Shown piece by piece: positions 8,916 to 18,195 of a stretch of 64,000 bases of DNA. This DNA comes from an uncultured Candidatus Saccharibacteria bacterium (GTDB lineage: Bacteria > Patescibacteriota > Minisyncoccia > Phycocordibacterales > UBA6899): NCBI GenBank assembly GCA_964469335.1, contig CAYXYK010000001.1, forward strand, positions 142,501 to 206,500, given 5' to 3'. Under the pieces are notes generated by a model. That model worked only from the letters and a program-made list of their open reading frames with translations. It did not search any database and was not told the origin of the DNA. Position 1 is the first letter of the stretch, and each line of letters starts with the position of its first letter. Position numbers and translations under genes: made by a program.

Positions 8916-8960
8916 TTCAAATCCTCTCACGCAAGCACGCAGGTGCTTGCTTCGGGCACA
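8916..8960 (+). repeat. Inverted partial copy of the tRNA-Leu(GAG) 3' end interrupted by a CAAG..GCAG..CTTG hairpin
   Basis: TTCAAATCCTCTCACG-[caagcac GCAG gtgcttg]-CTTCGGGCACA mirrors the T-loop and acceptor of the tRNA at 9001-9084. Confidence 0.6.
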
Positions 8961-9000
8961 GATATGAAAAAGCCGCATCAAAGCGGCTTTTTCATATCTG

Positions 9001-9084
9001 TGCCCGAGAGAGGATTTGAACCTCCATGCCCTTGCGAGCGCTACCACCTCAAGGTAGTGCGTCTACCAATTTCGCCACCCGGGC
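9001..9084 (-). tRNA. tRNA-Leu (GAG)
   Basis: Manual fold: acceptor GCCCGGG/CTCGGGC, anticodon stem-loop CTACC-TTGAGGT-GGTAG, long variable arm, GGAGG-TTCAAAT-CCTCT. Confidence 0.85.
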
Positions 9085-9178
9085 TTGAGTTCCAATACTA
9101 TAGACAATAACCGATTTAATTTCAAGTCTTTACGAAACAAGACCATTCTTGCGAATGGTCTTGTTCAGTGTTTTCGGT

Positions 9179-9628
9179 TTATTCTACGGCAGTTGCTGCT
9201 TCTACGACTGCTGCTTCCGGTGCTGTCTCGAAGTCTTTTGTCGATCCGCCTCCCATGACGGTCTGCTTCATCTTGCGACGGACATCGCGGACGGCCTTCT
9301 CTCTCACGTAGTAGAGCTTTGCGCGGCGGACAGTAGAGCGCTTCACGAGCTCGATCTTGTCGATCGTGGGCGAGTAGAGAGGAAATACGCGCTCTACGCC
9401 AACTCCGCTAGCGACCTTGCGGACAGTGAAAGTCGCGCCGGTCTCAGAGCCGTGCTTTCGGGCGAGTACAAGTCCTTCAAAAGCCTGAAGGCGGTACTTT
9501 TGCTTTGCAGCGTCCTCGAGGACTCTCACCCATACGCGGACGGTGTCACCGGCACGAAAAGCGAGCGCTTTACGAGCTTCCATGTTGACCGGAGACATCT
9601 TGAAATTCTTGACCAGTGCTGTGTTCAT
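9179..9628 (-). CDS. rplS: 50S ribosomal protein L19 (with C-terminal extension)
   Basis: [10 protein letters not shown]...[13 protein letters not shown]...RVFPLYSP is the L19 signature. Confidence 0.85.
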   Translation of the reverse strand: MNTALVKNFKMSPVNMEARKALAFRAGDTVRVWVRVLEDAAKQKYRLQAFEGLVLARKHGSETGATFTVRKVASGVGVERVFPLYSPTIDKIELVKRSTVRRAKLYYVREKAVRDVRRKMKQTVMGGGSTKDFETAPEAAVVEAATAVE

Positions 9629-9674
9629 AGTGCCTTGGAATTTACCATAGCGTCCTTAACTTTGCAAGAAAAGG

Positions 9675-10379
9675 CTAGAGTCGTGCTTTTGCCGCCTCAA
9701 AATCAGGGGGGAGTGGCGCCTCGAGGGTCATTTTACTCCCATTCGGGTGGGTAAAATCAAGCTTTCCGGCATGGAGTGCCACTCGTTTGATTCCGAGTGC
9801 CTCTTTGGTGCCGTAGCGCGTATCAGAGACTATTGGATGTCCGAGCGCTTTCATATGCACACGCAATTGGTGCGTACGTCCGGTTTGCGGTGACAGCTCA
9901 AGCAGAGCAAATCCGTTTCCCTGCTGTAATACCTTGAATCGCGACACTGCGCTGCGGAGTGTGCCTCGCGCATCGTCGCCGGTAGTGAACTGACGGAAGT
10001 CCGCACGACTGCGTCCGATCGGAAGATCGATCACCCCCTCCTTTGCATCGAGTACACCTTCGACAATAGCGAAATAGGTCTTTTGAATCGAATGATCGAG
10101 AAACTGCCGCTGCAAAAAATAGAATGCCTCATCATTCTTTGCAACAAGAATGATCCCTGATGTCTCACGATCAAGACGATGAAGTATGCCAGCGCGGACA
10201 GCGTAGCGTCCGGTATCGAGCGTATGCATACCACCTATGTCTTTGAGGTGCGGGTAGTGTGCAATCACCCAATCAGAGAGCGTCGGCTCTACTGTTCTTC
10301 CGTCGGCGTGCACCACGAGCCCGGAGGGTTTGTTCACGGCAAGCAATGTGTCGTCTTCATAGATGATCGTGGGCAGCAT
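9675..10379 (-). CDS. RluA-family pseudouridine synthase
   Basis: HRLDRETSGIILVAKN catalytic motif. Confidence 0.8.
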   Translation of the reverse strand: MLPTIIYEDDTLLAVNKPSGLVVHADGRTVEPTLSDWVIAHYPHLKDIGGMHTLDTGRYAVRAGILHRLDRETSGIILVAKNDEAFYFLQRQFLDHSIQKTYFAIVEGVLDAKEGVIDLPIGRSRADFRQFTTGDDARGTLRSAVSRFKVLQQGNGFALLELSPQTGRTHQLRVHMKALGHPIVSDTRYGTKEALGIKRVALHAGKLDFTHPNGSKMTLEAPLPPDFEAAKARL

Positions 10380-10388
10380 GGTGTTGGG

Positions 10389-11078
10389 TTATTTACCGAG
10401 TCGTCGTTCGCGCGCATGATACTCTTCGATGATCGCGAGGAATTCATCTTTAGAGAAGTCTGGCCACAGTGTCTTGGTGAAGAAGAATTCGCTGTACACA
10501 CTCTGCCACGGAAGAAAATTCGAAAGCCTCTCTTCCCCGCTGGTGCGGATGATAAGGTCAGGATCTGCGACATCCTTGGTCCACAACATCTTTGAGAATT
10601 CTTCTTCAGTGATGGTGGCGACCTTTTCTCCGGGAATGCGATGTACTGCGTCAATGATCTCCTGACGTCCACCGTAGGAAAGCGCGACGGCAAGCGTAAG
10701 TGCGGTGCATTCGCGAGTAGTCTGCTCTGATTCGTTCATCGCCATCCGTATATCCTCCGCGAATCGCTCACGCTGCCCGATATAGACGAGCTTGATCCCC
10801 TTCTCCTTGGCTTCTTTGGTCACCTCACCGATCACGGTGCGAAACAGATTCATCAAGTACCCCACTTCTTCTTCGGTCCTGTTCCAGTTCTCCGTCGAGA
10901 ATGCATAGACGGTGACATATCCGATACCTGCTTCCTTCGACCAATTGATGATCTCTTTGAGTTTCGCGTAACCCTCTCGGTGGCCTTCGAGAGTAGAGAG
11001 TCCGCGTGCTTTCGCCCAGCGACGGTTCCCGTCCATGATGATGCCGACCGAAAGCGGATGTTGAACTGTTGGTTTCAT
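10389..11078 (-). CDS. uppS: Undecaprenyl pyrophosphate synthase
   Basis: GIIMDGNRRWAKARGL and the FSTENWNR motif region. Confidence 0.85.
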   Translation of the reverse strand: MKPTVQHPLSVGIIMDGNRRWAKARGLSTLEGHREGYAKLKEIINWSKEAGIGYVTVYAFSTENWNRTEEEVGYLMNLFRTVIGEVTKEAKEKGIKLVYIGQRERFAEDIRMAMNESEQTTRECTALTLAVALSYGGRQEIIDAVHRIPGEKVATITEEEFSKMLWTKDVADPDLIIRTSGEERLSNFLPWQSVYSEFFFTKTLWPDFSKDEFLAIIEEYHARERRLGK

Positions 11079-12388
11079 TTTTTCTTCTTGAGTGATGCAA
11101 TAATATCACGAGCGCGCTCTATACCCGACTGTGCCGCACCTTCCATAAACCCTTGGAATCTGCCAACATGCTCTCCTGAAAAATAGGCATGAAGGAACGG
11201 TGCGGCAAATACCTTCTGTATATCTTCTTCCTGATGCGGTTGGTAGTACGCGTACGCGCCTCGCACGAACGGATCTTCTTTCCAGAAATGTCGAAACATC
11301 CGCTCTGGCGAGACACCCGTCGTGTCGATATCCTTCGGAAGTGCCTGTTTCAATTCCTTCCAGACCGCCGACATGCTCATCTTCGCAAGTGTGTCCGCAC
11401 GAGCACCCACCGCATAGACAGTGAGTGCTCCCCGCTTCCCTTTCTGGGACTGTGTCGTATGAAAGACATACTGGGCAAGGCCACTTGAAAGCTCAGCAAA
11501 ATTCTCTTTCTTCCAGAACCGTTTCGGGAAAACAAGAATGACTTTAATGATGTCTCCGTATCGAAGAGTCCGTTCATACGAGAGTATCTGCTTCGGGAGT
11601 TTCGGGACGAATGAGACGTCTCTCAGCGTCGTCAGCGGGACCGTGACAAGCAGTTTCTTCGCAAGGAATACTTTTCCGTTCTCGCACATGACAATGACCC
11701 CCTGATCGTCCTGCACTACATCTGTCACGACATGCCCAAGTCGGATGTGCCTTCGTCCGACCGCATGGGCGAGTGCTTCCATCAACCGAGAATTACCACC
11801 GACGACATGAAGGTCCATATGCATCGTCTTGCCGCCGGTAAAATGCTCATGGACCGGAAGCAGCGCGGTCACCTTTCCGATGTTCGTACCATATTCCGCG
11901 CTATAGATATCGTTTGCGATGACTAACTCCTTTTTCGTGAATGTCCTCGCCAAAAAATGCCTCCAGGTATGTCGATCGAGCGCATGCATCTCCTTCTTGG
12001 TCGCATGCTTCGGAAGAACGCTGAAAATACTGTCGAGCTTCTTTCCGACTACTTCATACAGGGGTTCTTTTTTGTGTGTCTTGATCGAGATGTACTCACT
12101 CTCATCGTATCTATGTGCTTCGAGCGGCACACCAAGTTCGTTGGCAAGTGCCCGCATGTGCGCATGATGCGTGCCGATCCATTCCGCTCCATGCTCGCTG
12201 ACGAGTCCTCCACCGAGCGCTACACTCCAGACCCTACCTCCCACGCGTTCACGTGCCTCAAGCATGACGACCTTCTTTTTCTTTTTTGTCAGTTCATATG
12301 CCGCAGCAAGACCGGAGATGCCTGCCCCGATCACGAGTACGTCGGCCTCCTCAATGGAGGATGTCTTGTGTTTCTTCTTGATGGCCAT
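11075..12388 (-). CDS. FAD-dependent oxidoreductase, amine oxidase family
   Basis: N-terminal dinucleotide-binding VLVIGAGISGLAAAYEL...LEARERVGGR. Confidence 0.6.
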   Translation of the reverse strand: MAIKKKHKTSSIEEADVLVIGAGISGLAAAYELTKKKKKVVMLEARERVGGRVWSVALGGGLVSEHGAEWIGTHHAHMRALANELGVPLEAHRYDESEYISIKTHKKEPLYEVVGKKLDSIFSVLPKHATKKEMHALDRHTWRHFLARTFTKKELVIANDIYSAEYGTNIGKVTALLPVHEHFTGGKTMHMDLHVVGGNSRLMEALAHAVGRRHIRLGHVVTDVVQDDQGVIVMCENGKVFLAKKLLVTVPLTTLRDVSFVPKLPKQILSYERTLRYGDIIKVILVFPKRFWKKENFAELSSGLAQYVFHTTQSQKGKRGALTVYAVGARADTLAKMSMSAVWKELKQALPKDIDTTGVSPERMFRHFWKEDPFVRGAYAYYQPHQEEDIQKVFAAPFLHAYFSGEHVGRFQGFMEGAAQSGIERARDIIASLKKKK

Positions 12389-12667
12389 TTATTCGTACAA
12401 TATCGAAAAATCAACGAATGTGCCATGCGGTTCATGCCAACGGACATCGACGCGCTCGACATGAGCAAGTACCGACCCGCGTCTCAGTAGTTCTACATAG
12501 CGGATGAGGTGCTCTTCTTCTCCCTCCGCAACGATGAATACCCTCCCGTCTTTTTTGTTCTGTACCGTACCGACGATACCGAGTGTCTTTGCTTTGCGCA
12601 TCGCAAAATCACGATACATCACCATCTGCACTCTCCCCTCGACGTGGCACTCGATGCGTTTATTCAT
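12389..12667 (-). CDS. acyP: Acylphosphatase
   Basis: VEGRVQMVMYRDFAMRKAKTLGIVGTVQNKKDGRVFIVAEGEE signature; the ORF-track extension into the repeat region was trimmed to MNKRIE. Confidence 0.75.
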   Translation of the reverse strand: MNKRIECHVEGRVQMVMYRDFAMRKAKTLGIVGTVQNKKDGRVFIVAEGEEEHLIRYVELLRRGSVLAHVERVDVRWHEPHGTFVDFSILYE

Positions 12668-12710
12668 GATGCAAAAACAGTAGCACGAACAGGATGCAAG
12701 GTGAAATATA

Positions 12711-12749
12711 TCCGAATCCTCTATCACAAGTCGCGCAGTCAGGATTCGG
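12711..12749 (+). repeat. Partial inverted copy of the tRNA-Val 3' end (copy 1) embedded in a 9-bp-stem hairpin
   Basis: CCGAATCCTCTATCACAAGTCGCGCAGTCAGGATTCGG. Confidence 0.5.
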
Positions 12750-12853
12750 TCACAAGCTACTTGATTGCATGGAGGAATTTCGGTCGCTACACGACCAGTA
12801 CCCGTTTTCCATTCGCTCATGACATGAATCATTCGCGAATAAGGAAGAACGGC

Positions 12854-12900
12854 TTCGAATCCTCTATCGCAAGTCGCGCAGGCGACTTGCTTCGCCCACA
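12854..12900 (+). repeat. Inverted copy of the tRNA-Val 3' end (copy 2) interrupted by a CAAG..GCAG..CTTG hairpin
   Basis: TTCGAATCCTCTATCG-[caagtcgc GCAG gcgacttg]-CTTCGCCCACA, followed by palindromic terminator 12893-12939. Confidence 0.6.
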
Positions 12901-12931
12901 GCAAAACAAACCCTTGCGGGTTTGTTTCTTG

Positions 12932-13004
12932 TGGGCGATAGAGGATTCGAACCTCTGACCTTCGCTGTGTAAAAGCGCTGCTCTACCAACTGAGCTAATC
13001 GCCC
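12932..13004 (-). tRNA. tRNA-Val (UAC)
   Basis: Manual fold: GGGCGAT acceptor, GCTC-AGTTGGTA-GAGC D-arm, anticodon loop TTTACAC, AGAGG-TTCGAAT-CCTCT. Confidence 0.85.
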
Positions 13005-13151
13005 GAAATTTTTAACCCATACCGCACTGAACATTCTACTCGTATCTTCTGTTATCTACCAAGACAGCTCACCGCCAGTCAATTTCACGGTTTTAGAACA
13101 ATAGAACATTTTGTCGACATACGCAATTTTTTACGCTAAGGTACTTGTATT

Positions 13152-13223
13152 CTCCCTGTAGTTCAATGGATAGAACGAAAGCCTTCTAAGCTTTAGATCC
13201 AAGTTCGATTCTTGGCGGGGGGA
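13152..13223 (+). tRNA. tRNA-Arg (UCU)
   Basis: Manual fold: acceptor CTCCCTG/CGGGGGG (two G-U pairs), GTTC-AATGGATA-GAAC, anticodon loop CTTCTAA, CCAAG-TTCGATT-CTTGG. Confidence 0.7.
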
Positions 13224-13275
13224 CATGGTGCTCAGCAAAAAACTCCGTTTGGAGTTTTTTGCTCTCCACCGCTCA

Positions 13276-13683
13276 CTATTGTGTTCTCACCGGAGCGGAG
13301 ATGACACCAGTGGAGTCGTCGAATGGGATCGCTGTGGTGGAAGTAGCGATGACTCCTTTTGCTCTACGGTATTCCGGTGCTTCAGGTGCAGTGCGCTGTA
13401 GTGCCGCAAAATTCACTTCTTTTTGATGGTAGAGCGCGATTACTTCTTCGAGCTCCGAAAGTGACAATGAGTCTCTGGATGATCGCGTCACCGCACTGGG
13501 TGCCTCAATGCTAAGCGCCCAGTCATATGTGACATACGCAAAAATAGCGACACCGCTGATGCCGATGAGCCCCGCCCACAATACCGCGCGCCAAAGTGTG
13601 TTTGGGTCAAGATTCTCCTTGTGCGCACGACGAAATCTTGTGACGAGGGAATTGAACGAAAAATTGATAGACTTCTTTTCCAT
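13276..13683 (-). CDS. Hypothetical single-TM protein (possible pilus assembly component)
   Basis: One TM helix; positioned directly downstream of pilO. Confidence 0.3.
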   Translation of the reverse strand: MEKKSINFSFNSLVTRFRRAHKENLDPNTLWRAVLWAGLIGISGVAIFAYVTYDWALSIEAPSAVTRSSRDSLSLSELEEVIALYHQKEVNFAALQRTAPEAPEYRRAKGVIATSTTAIPFDDSTGVISAPVRTQ

Positions 13684-13685
13684 GA

Positions 13686-14234
13686 TCAGTTCTGTGGTTG
13701 CTTTAGGCCCGCGAAATCGACAGAAATTCCTCCTGCCCAATTCTCTTTGGTGATTTTCGGATCAGCGAGCGGAGCAGTGTGGATGTCGTAGCGGTTGATC
13801 ACGACTCGAGCGGGAAATTCCTCCATTAATCTAAGAAAGCGATATAGTTCTGTCCATGAACCACTGACAGCGAATTCGCCGTGTAGCACAGGGGGTTTTG
13901 CCGCAGGTTGATAGTCAAAGGAGGTTGTCGTCACTTCGACACCGGTCGTGGAAGTTCCAAGACGTTCGACACGAGCGATCATCTGAATCTGGCTTTCATC
14001 ACTTGGGTCGACAAGATATCGCTCTAGCTGCTCTCTGTCCTTTGCCGCGGAAGCAAGGGTCTTTCTGAGTGTCTCCAATTTCTGTCCTTTTTGCTTTTCT
14101 TCGGCGAGCTGAGCGCGGAGATCGTTCTCTTCTTGTTTTATCTCAGTCATTTTTGTATACCCGTACCAGAATAGTCCTGCGCCAGCAAGATCGAGGAGTG
14201 CGAGTACGATGAGGATGTTCAGTGTTTTTTTCAT
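13686..14234 (-). CDS. PilO-like type IV pilus assembly protein
   Basis: N-terminal TM plus coiled coil; gene order pilM-pilN-pilO. Confidence 0.5.
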   Translation of the reverse strand: MKKTLNILIVLALLDLAGAGLFWYGYTKMTEIKQEENDLRAQLAEEKQKGQKLETLRKTLASAAKDREQLERYLVDPSDESQIQMIARVERLGTSTTGVEVTTTSFDYQPAAKPPVLHGEFAVSGSWTELYRFLRLMEEFPARVVINRYDIHTAPLADPKITKENWAGGISVDFAGLKQPQN

Positions 14235-14235
14235 A

Positions 14236-14772
14236 TCACTTGAAATCCACAGTTAAGAGAAAATCGATATCCGATTTCTTATTGATAAAACTCTGTGCAT
14301 AGCGAGCATCCTTTACATGGTCTTTGTCATCCTTCAAGAGCTTGCGGTACAAAATCAGGTCTTCGGGTTTCCCGGCATTTCCACTGATCTGAGCAGATAT
14401 CCCAAGTTCAGTGCGTGCATAGGTGAAACGAGTGACCACTATCCCCGCAGGTTTTTGGCCGAGCAGAATCGACATCATCTGCGAAGGAGGTGTGTCCTTG
14501 GCTGCAGCGCTCTTCAATAGAGTAATCTCACTCTTGATCACATTAAGATCATTCTGTGTCGCCTCGCCTCCTGGCGGAGTGGTACTTCTCATTGCGGCGA
14601 GTTCTTCAGACATGTTCTTTGTCGAGTTCGTGAGCGCCACATAGGACGGAACGAATGCAAGGAATGAAAAAACCTCAAGTGCTGAGAACACCAAAAGCGC
14701 AACGACGCCGTAACGCAACCAGAATTCCTTCTGTAATTTTTTCTTTTCTGACTGAGGAAGGAGATTGATCAT
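14236..14772 (-). CDS. PilN-like type IV pilus assembly protein
   Basis: MINLLP N-terminus; single TM; fimbrial assembly topology. Confidence 0.6.
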   Translation of the reverse strand: MINLLPQSEKKKLQKEFWLRYGVVALLVFSALEVFSFLAFVPSYVALTNSTKNMSEELAAMRSTTPPGGEATQNDLNVIKSEITLLKSAAAKDTPPSQMMSILLGQKPAGIVVTRFTYARTELGISAQISGNAGKPEDLILYRKLLKDDKDHVKDARYAQSFINKKSDIDFLLTVDFK

Positions 14773-14775
14773 GTT

Positions 14776-15849
14776 TTATGTATTCATGATATTACGAAGT
14801 GCGAGTCCAATCGCGGCAGTGTACCCATGCGACTCGTGCGCGGAAAGCGGAGGAACATATTTTTCGAATGTACATACATTCACCCAAGGATTTGCGATCT
14901 TCACCTTGACGTCGAGTGCCATGCCGAGAAACTCCGCAATTCCCTTCAGGTTCGCACCACCACCGGTAAGGTAAACGCATTCGATGTTCCCACCGACCTT
15001 ATCGCCGTGATGCGTCTGCCAATACGAGTAATGCCGCAAAAGACGAGTGCGCAGATCAGCGACAACGGCAAGCATGGCCGCACGCAATTCTTCTTCTTTC
15101 GCTCCGCCAATGAGTCCGTGCTTCACTTTGAGTGCTTCAGCTTCTTCATATGTCACCTTAAGCGACCGTTCGATCGACTGTGTCATGTTGTGTCCCCCGA
15201 TATCGAGCGACGCGGAGAACTGCACAACGCCGTTAGCGGCTACGAAGACATCGGTGACCATCTTTCCAATGTCGACAACCATGAATGTTCCATTGTCTCC
15301 ACGAGGAATGATCGAACGTGCCATTGCCTGCGACTCGAACTCGAATGCTTTCGGTGTCACTCCAGTGCCATGAAAGATCTCAAGGTATCCTTCCACCGCA
15401 CTTCGCGGCAACACAGAGACAACGACATCCATACTTTCTTTCTTTTGCCCCGATCCTTCGCCGACGACGATGTAGTCAAAGGTTGCCTCTGCCCCGGAGA
15501 TGGGGACATGTTCTTCTAGGGAGAGCTCGATCGTATCTCGCACCTCACTATCAGCGACTCGCGGGATCCGCATATTCGCTAAATATGCCTGCTCTTCGGG
15601 AAGTGAGACATTCGCAAACGAGAGCTTGTACTCGAACGCGAGGGCAGCGATGACATCCTGGAGACGCTTCTTGTCTTGCACATGCCCCTCTGCGGTAACG
15701 ATCAGCGGAAAATTCCTCGAGGCATAGCGAGTGACCTCAAGTGTGTCGCCGCGTTGCTCAAGTTCGATAAAACGAACCGCATCTGCGGATATATCAAGAC
15801 CGACCGCAGGCATCGACAGGAATTTAGGTGCGGAAAAGAAGGACATCAT
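14776..15849 (-). CDS. pilM: PilM (actin-like ATPase of the type IV pilus inner membrane platform)
   Basis: FtsA/PilM fold motifs (VGLDISADAVRFIEL...). Confidence 0.8.
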   Translation of the reverse strand: MMSFFSAPKFLSMPAVGLDISADAVRFIELEQRGDTLEVTRYASRNFPLIVTAEGHVQDKKRLQDVIAALAFEYKLSFANVSLPEEQAYLANMRIPRVADSEVRDTIELSLEEHVPISGAEATFDYIVVGEGSGQKKESMDVVVSVLPRSAVEGYLEIFHGTGVTPKAFEFESQAMARSIIPRGDNGTFMVVDIGKMVTDVFVAANGVVQFSASLDIGGHNMTQSIERSLKVTYEEAEALKVKHGLIGGAKEEELRAAMLAVVADLRTRLLRHYSYWQTHHGDKVGGNIECVYLTGGGANLKGIAEFLGMALDVKVKIANPWVNVCTFEKYVPPLSAHESHGYTAAIGLALRNIMNT

Positions 15850-15892
15850 CCACCAGTATACAGTATCTTATATAGAGAATGTAGTGGTTACA

Positions 15893-16219
15893 CTACGAAA
15901 GCGGGCTTCCAGGGAGAACTTCTTTGTCGGGATGGAGCAATACTGCGCCACCGTCTGAGGTCTTCACCGCAAGAATCATCCCATTGCTTTCTAGCCCACG
16001 AAGTGTGCGAGGCTCAAGATTGGTGACGAACGGGCAACGTTTGCCGATCAACTGCTCCGGCTGGTAGTATTCCCGAATTCCAGAAAGTATCTGTCTCGGC
16101 TTTTCTTCACCGAAATCCACTTCGAGACGAAGCAGTTTGTCTGCCCCCTCGACGTACTCCGCGACGAGTATCGTGCCGATCTTCATTTCTATTGCCTTAA
16201 AATCATCGATTGTTGCCAT
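15893..16219 (-). CDS. tRNA-binding protein (CsaA/Trbp111, EMAP/Myf domain)
   Basis: DFKAIEMKIGTILVAEYVEGADKLLRLEVDFGEE is the typical OB-fold tRNA-binding domain. Confidence 0.7.
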   Translation of the reverse strand: MATIDDFKAIEMKIGTILVAEYVEGADKLLRLEVDFGEEKPRQILSGIREYYQPEQLIGKRCPFVTNLEPRTLRGLESNGMILAVKTSDGGAVLLHPDKEVLPGSPLS

Positions 16220-16264
16220 ATGGAGAGAGTATAGGGTATTTCATATCGAGTATCCAGCAAGTGT

Positions 16265-16678
16265 TTATATTTCGCCATCATGCTCTCCCTGTGGCGGCGG
16301 ATTCCACTTGTTCAAATAGGATTGCAGAATGATGGCGGCAGCAGAAGCATCATTCTCCTTATTGTCACCCTGGATATGCGTTGCCTCGCGAGATGAGAGG
16401 ACTTCGTTCATGAACACGACCGGCAAACCGCTTGCAGTCTTCAATTCTTCGGAAAACGGAGTGATCTGTCTCATGATCGCATTATGGGTATTCTTGAAAT
16501 CAAGAGATTCGCCGATGACAATAGTCTCGACTCCCTCATCTTTGCAGATCTTCACGATATGAGGAACAACGGAACGAGAGTTGAGAATGACCCGAAGCGG
16601 AAACGCCATTCTCCCCCCATCATCAGAAGTCGCGAGTCCTATTCTTTTTGTCCCATAGTCGATACCGATGTATTTCAT
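16265..16678 (-). CDS. ruvX: Putative Holliday junction resolvase / pre-16S rRNA nuclease YqgF
   Basis: MKYIGIDYGTKRIGLATSD N-terminus. Confidence 0.8.
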   Translation of the reverse strand: MKYIGIDYGTKRIGLATSDDGGRMAFPLRVILNSRSVVPHIVKICKDEGVETIVIGESLDFKNTHNAIMRQITPFSEELKTASGLPVVFMNEVLSSREATHIQGDNKENDASAAAIILQSYLNKWNPPPQGEHDGEI

Positions 16679-16792
16679 TGCCTTATTTAGACAGGTCACA
16701 ACCACTTTTGCAAACTGCTTGCAAAAGCGTACTTATCATCTAGTCTGTAATATCAGAACGTACATTCCACCCTTACTACAAAGGAGACGATT

Positions 16793-17995
16793 GTGAAAAT
16801 CATCGTTATCACTCACGCTCCCGCGAATCGAGAAGTGACCGATCGCCTCTCAGGGCACACCGCGATCTCATTTGTCGCACAGAAGTCACCCGATGGCATG
16901 CTCGAACTGATCAAAGCCCACTGGGAGAATGTGTCGATCATCTACTTCGACCCCACTGCCCTTCTGTTCGCCGCAAGCGAACGGCTGGTGTGGGAAACAA
17001 CAAGAAAGATCAATGAACTGATCGGGAAAAGACGCAATCAGGTCATCCTCATCCTCGGACTTGAAGACGGTATCAGCGGGCTCAGCGGCAAATCACTATC
17101 CGACAGACTCACAAGAGAGCAGGTCAACATCGGAATGGTCGGAAAGCGAGACTCGTCACAGATCGCTACGTTCATCAACAGTGTGGCGACGCAATTCGGT
17201 CCGTATGTGGAAAAGTTCGGCGCTGTGTTCGAACCACCTGAACCATCAAGAATGCTGAGGCGCGGGCAAGTACGAAGCAACGGGCACGACCACACCGCCG
17301 CCGACGCAAAAAAGTCGGATACTCCAGTATTGCCAAGAGCGAGTTGCCCTGCCCCAACTCCAGTTGTCGCGGAAGCCCCGCGCAATGACAGACCGACCGA
17401 AGAAGCTGCAACGACCGCGTCTCCGCCTCAATCGACCGTGTCTGAAATCACGGTTCCGGCTACAGTGATTGCACCCAAGCAGGCACCGTCTGTCACTCCA
17501 ACAGCAAAGTCAGCGACGAGGAGTCGGCAGCATGATGTTGCCGAACTGGTATTAGACCTCGACCTCATCGAATCTGCGCTCACAGCAGGGCTTCATGCAA
17601 TGTTCGAAGTGCTGCGCAAAGGCATACCCGAATCAGGGAAGGGAACGAACGCAAGTGAGCCGGAGGCTGCACGACCGTCACCAAGTCAGACGGTCGGCGA
17701 AGCGGGGAACAAGTTCACCGTCAGAGTGGTGGGAAGTGTCGAGAAGGAGCATGGTGATTCGACCCGTGAGAGGCTCGTCCTGAACGGGAAGGAGGTGATT
17801 CTCGTAAGGAGAGCACGGCGGATGCTTGAGGCGCTTGCCACTCACGGCTCATGCAGCTTGAACGGCATCTTTCCAAGCGCAACGCCACAGGCAGTCGCAT
17901 CATTCGTTTGGGAAACGAACAGGAAACTGGCCAAAGCGCAGTTGCCGATCATGATCCACGCATCGAACAAGGAAAATCGTTTGCACGTCGATTAG
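16793..17995 (+). CDS. Hypothetical protein with a Pro/Ala/Thr-rich low-complexity linker
   Basis: No recognisable catalytic motif; N-terminal roughly 130-aa globular region, disordered middle. Confidence 0.35.
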   Translation: MKIIVITHAPANREVTDRLSGHTAISFVAQKSPDGMLELIKAHWENVSIIYFDPTALLFAASERLVWETTRKINELIGKRRNQVILILGLEDGISGLSGKSLSDRLTREQVNIGMVGKRDSSQIATFINSVATQFGPYVEKFGAVFEPPEPSRMLRRGQVRSNGHDHTAADAKKSDTPVLPRASCPAPTPVVAEAPRNDRPTEEAATTASPPQSTVSEITVPATVIAPKQAPSVTPTAKSATRSRQHDVAELVLDLDLIESALTAGLHAMFEVLRKGIPESGKGTNASEPEAARPSPSQTVGEAGNKFTVRVVGSVEKEHGDSTRERLVLNGKEVILVRRARRMLEALATHGSCSLNGIFPSATPQAVASFVWETNRKLAKAQLPIMIHASNKENRLHVD

Positions 17996-18073
17996 TGCAG
18001 GGCCGAGGGATACCCCTCGGTCATTTTGTTGCGTTTCGGTCGTTTTTTGCTACTATGCGGAAGTAAAAAATAA

Positions 18074-18160
18074 GGAGGAGTGGCTGAGTGGTTTAAGGCA
18101 ACAGTCTTGAAAACTGTCGTCCATTTACGTGGACCGTGAGTTCGAATCTCACCTCCTCCG
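18074..18160 (+). tRNA. tRNA-Ser (UGA)
   Basis: GGAGGAG acceptor, anticodon loop CTTGAAA, long variable arm, GTGAG-TTCGAAT-CTCAC, discriminator G. Confidence 0.85.
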
Positions 18161-18195
18161 CCCAATCAAAAAACACCTGAAGGGTGTTTTTTGAT

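Noticed and set aside
12668-12904. N-terminal 79 codons of ORF 12389-12904
   Set aside because: This extension runs through the tRNA-Val mimic repeats and hairpins. The acylphosphatase homology begins at MNKRIECHVEG (12667), so the gene was trimmed.
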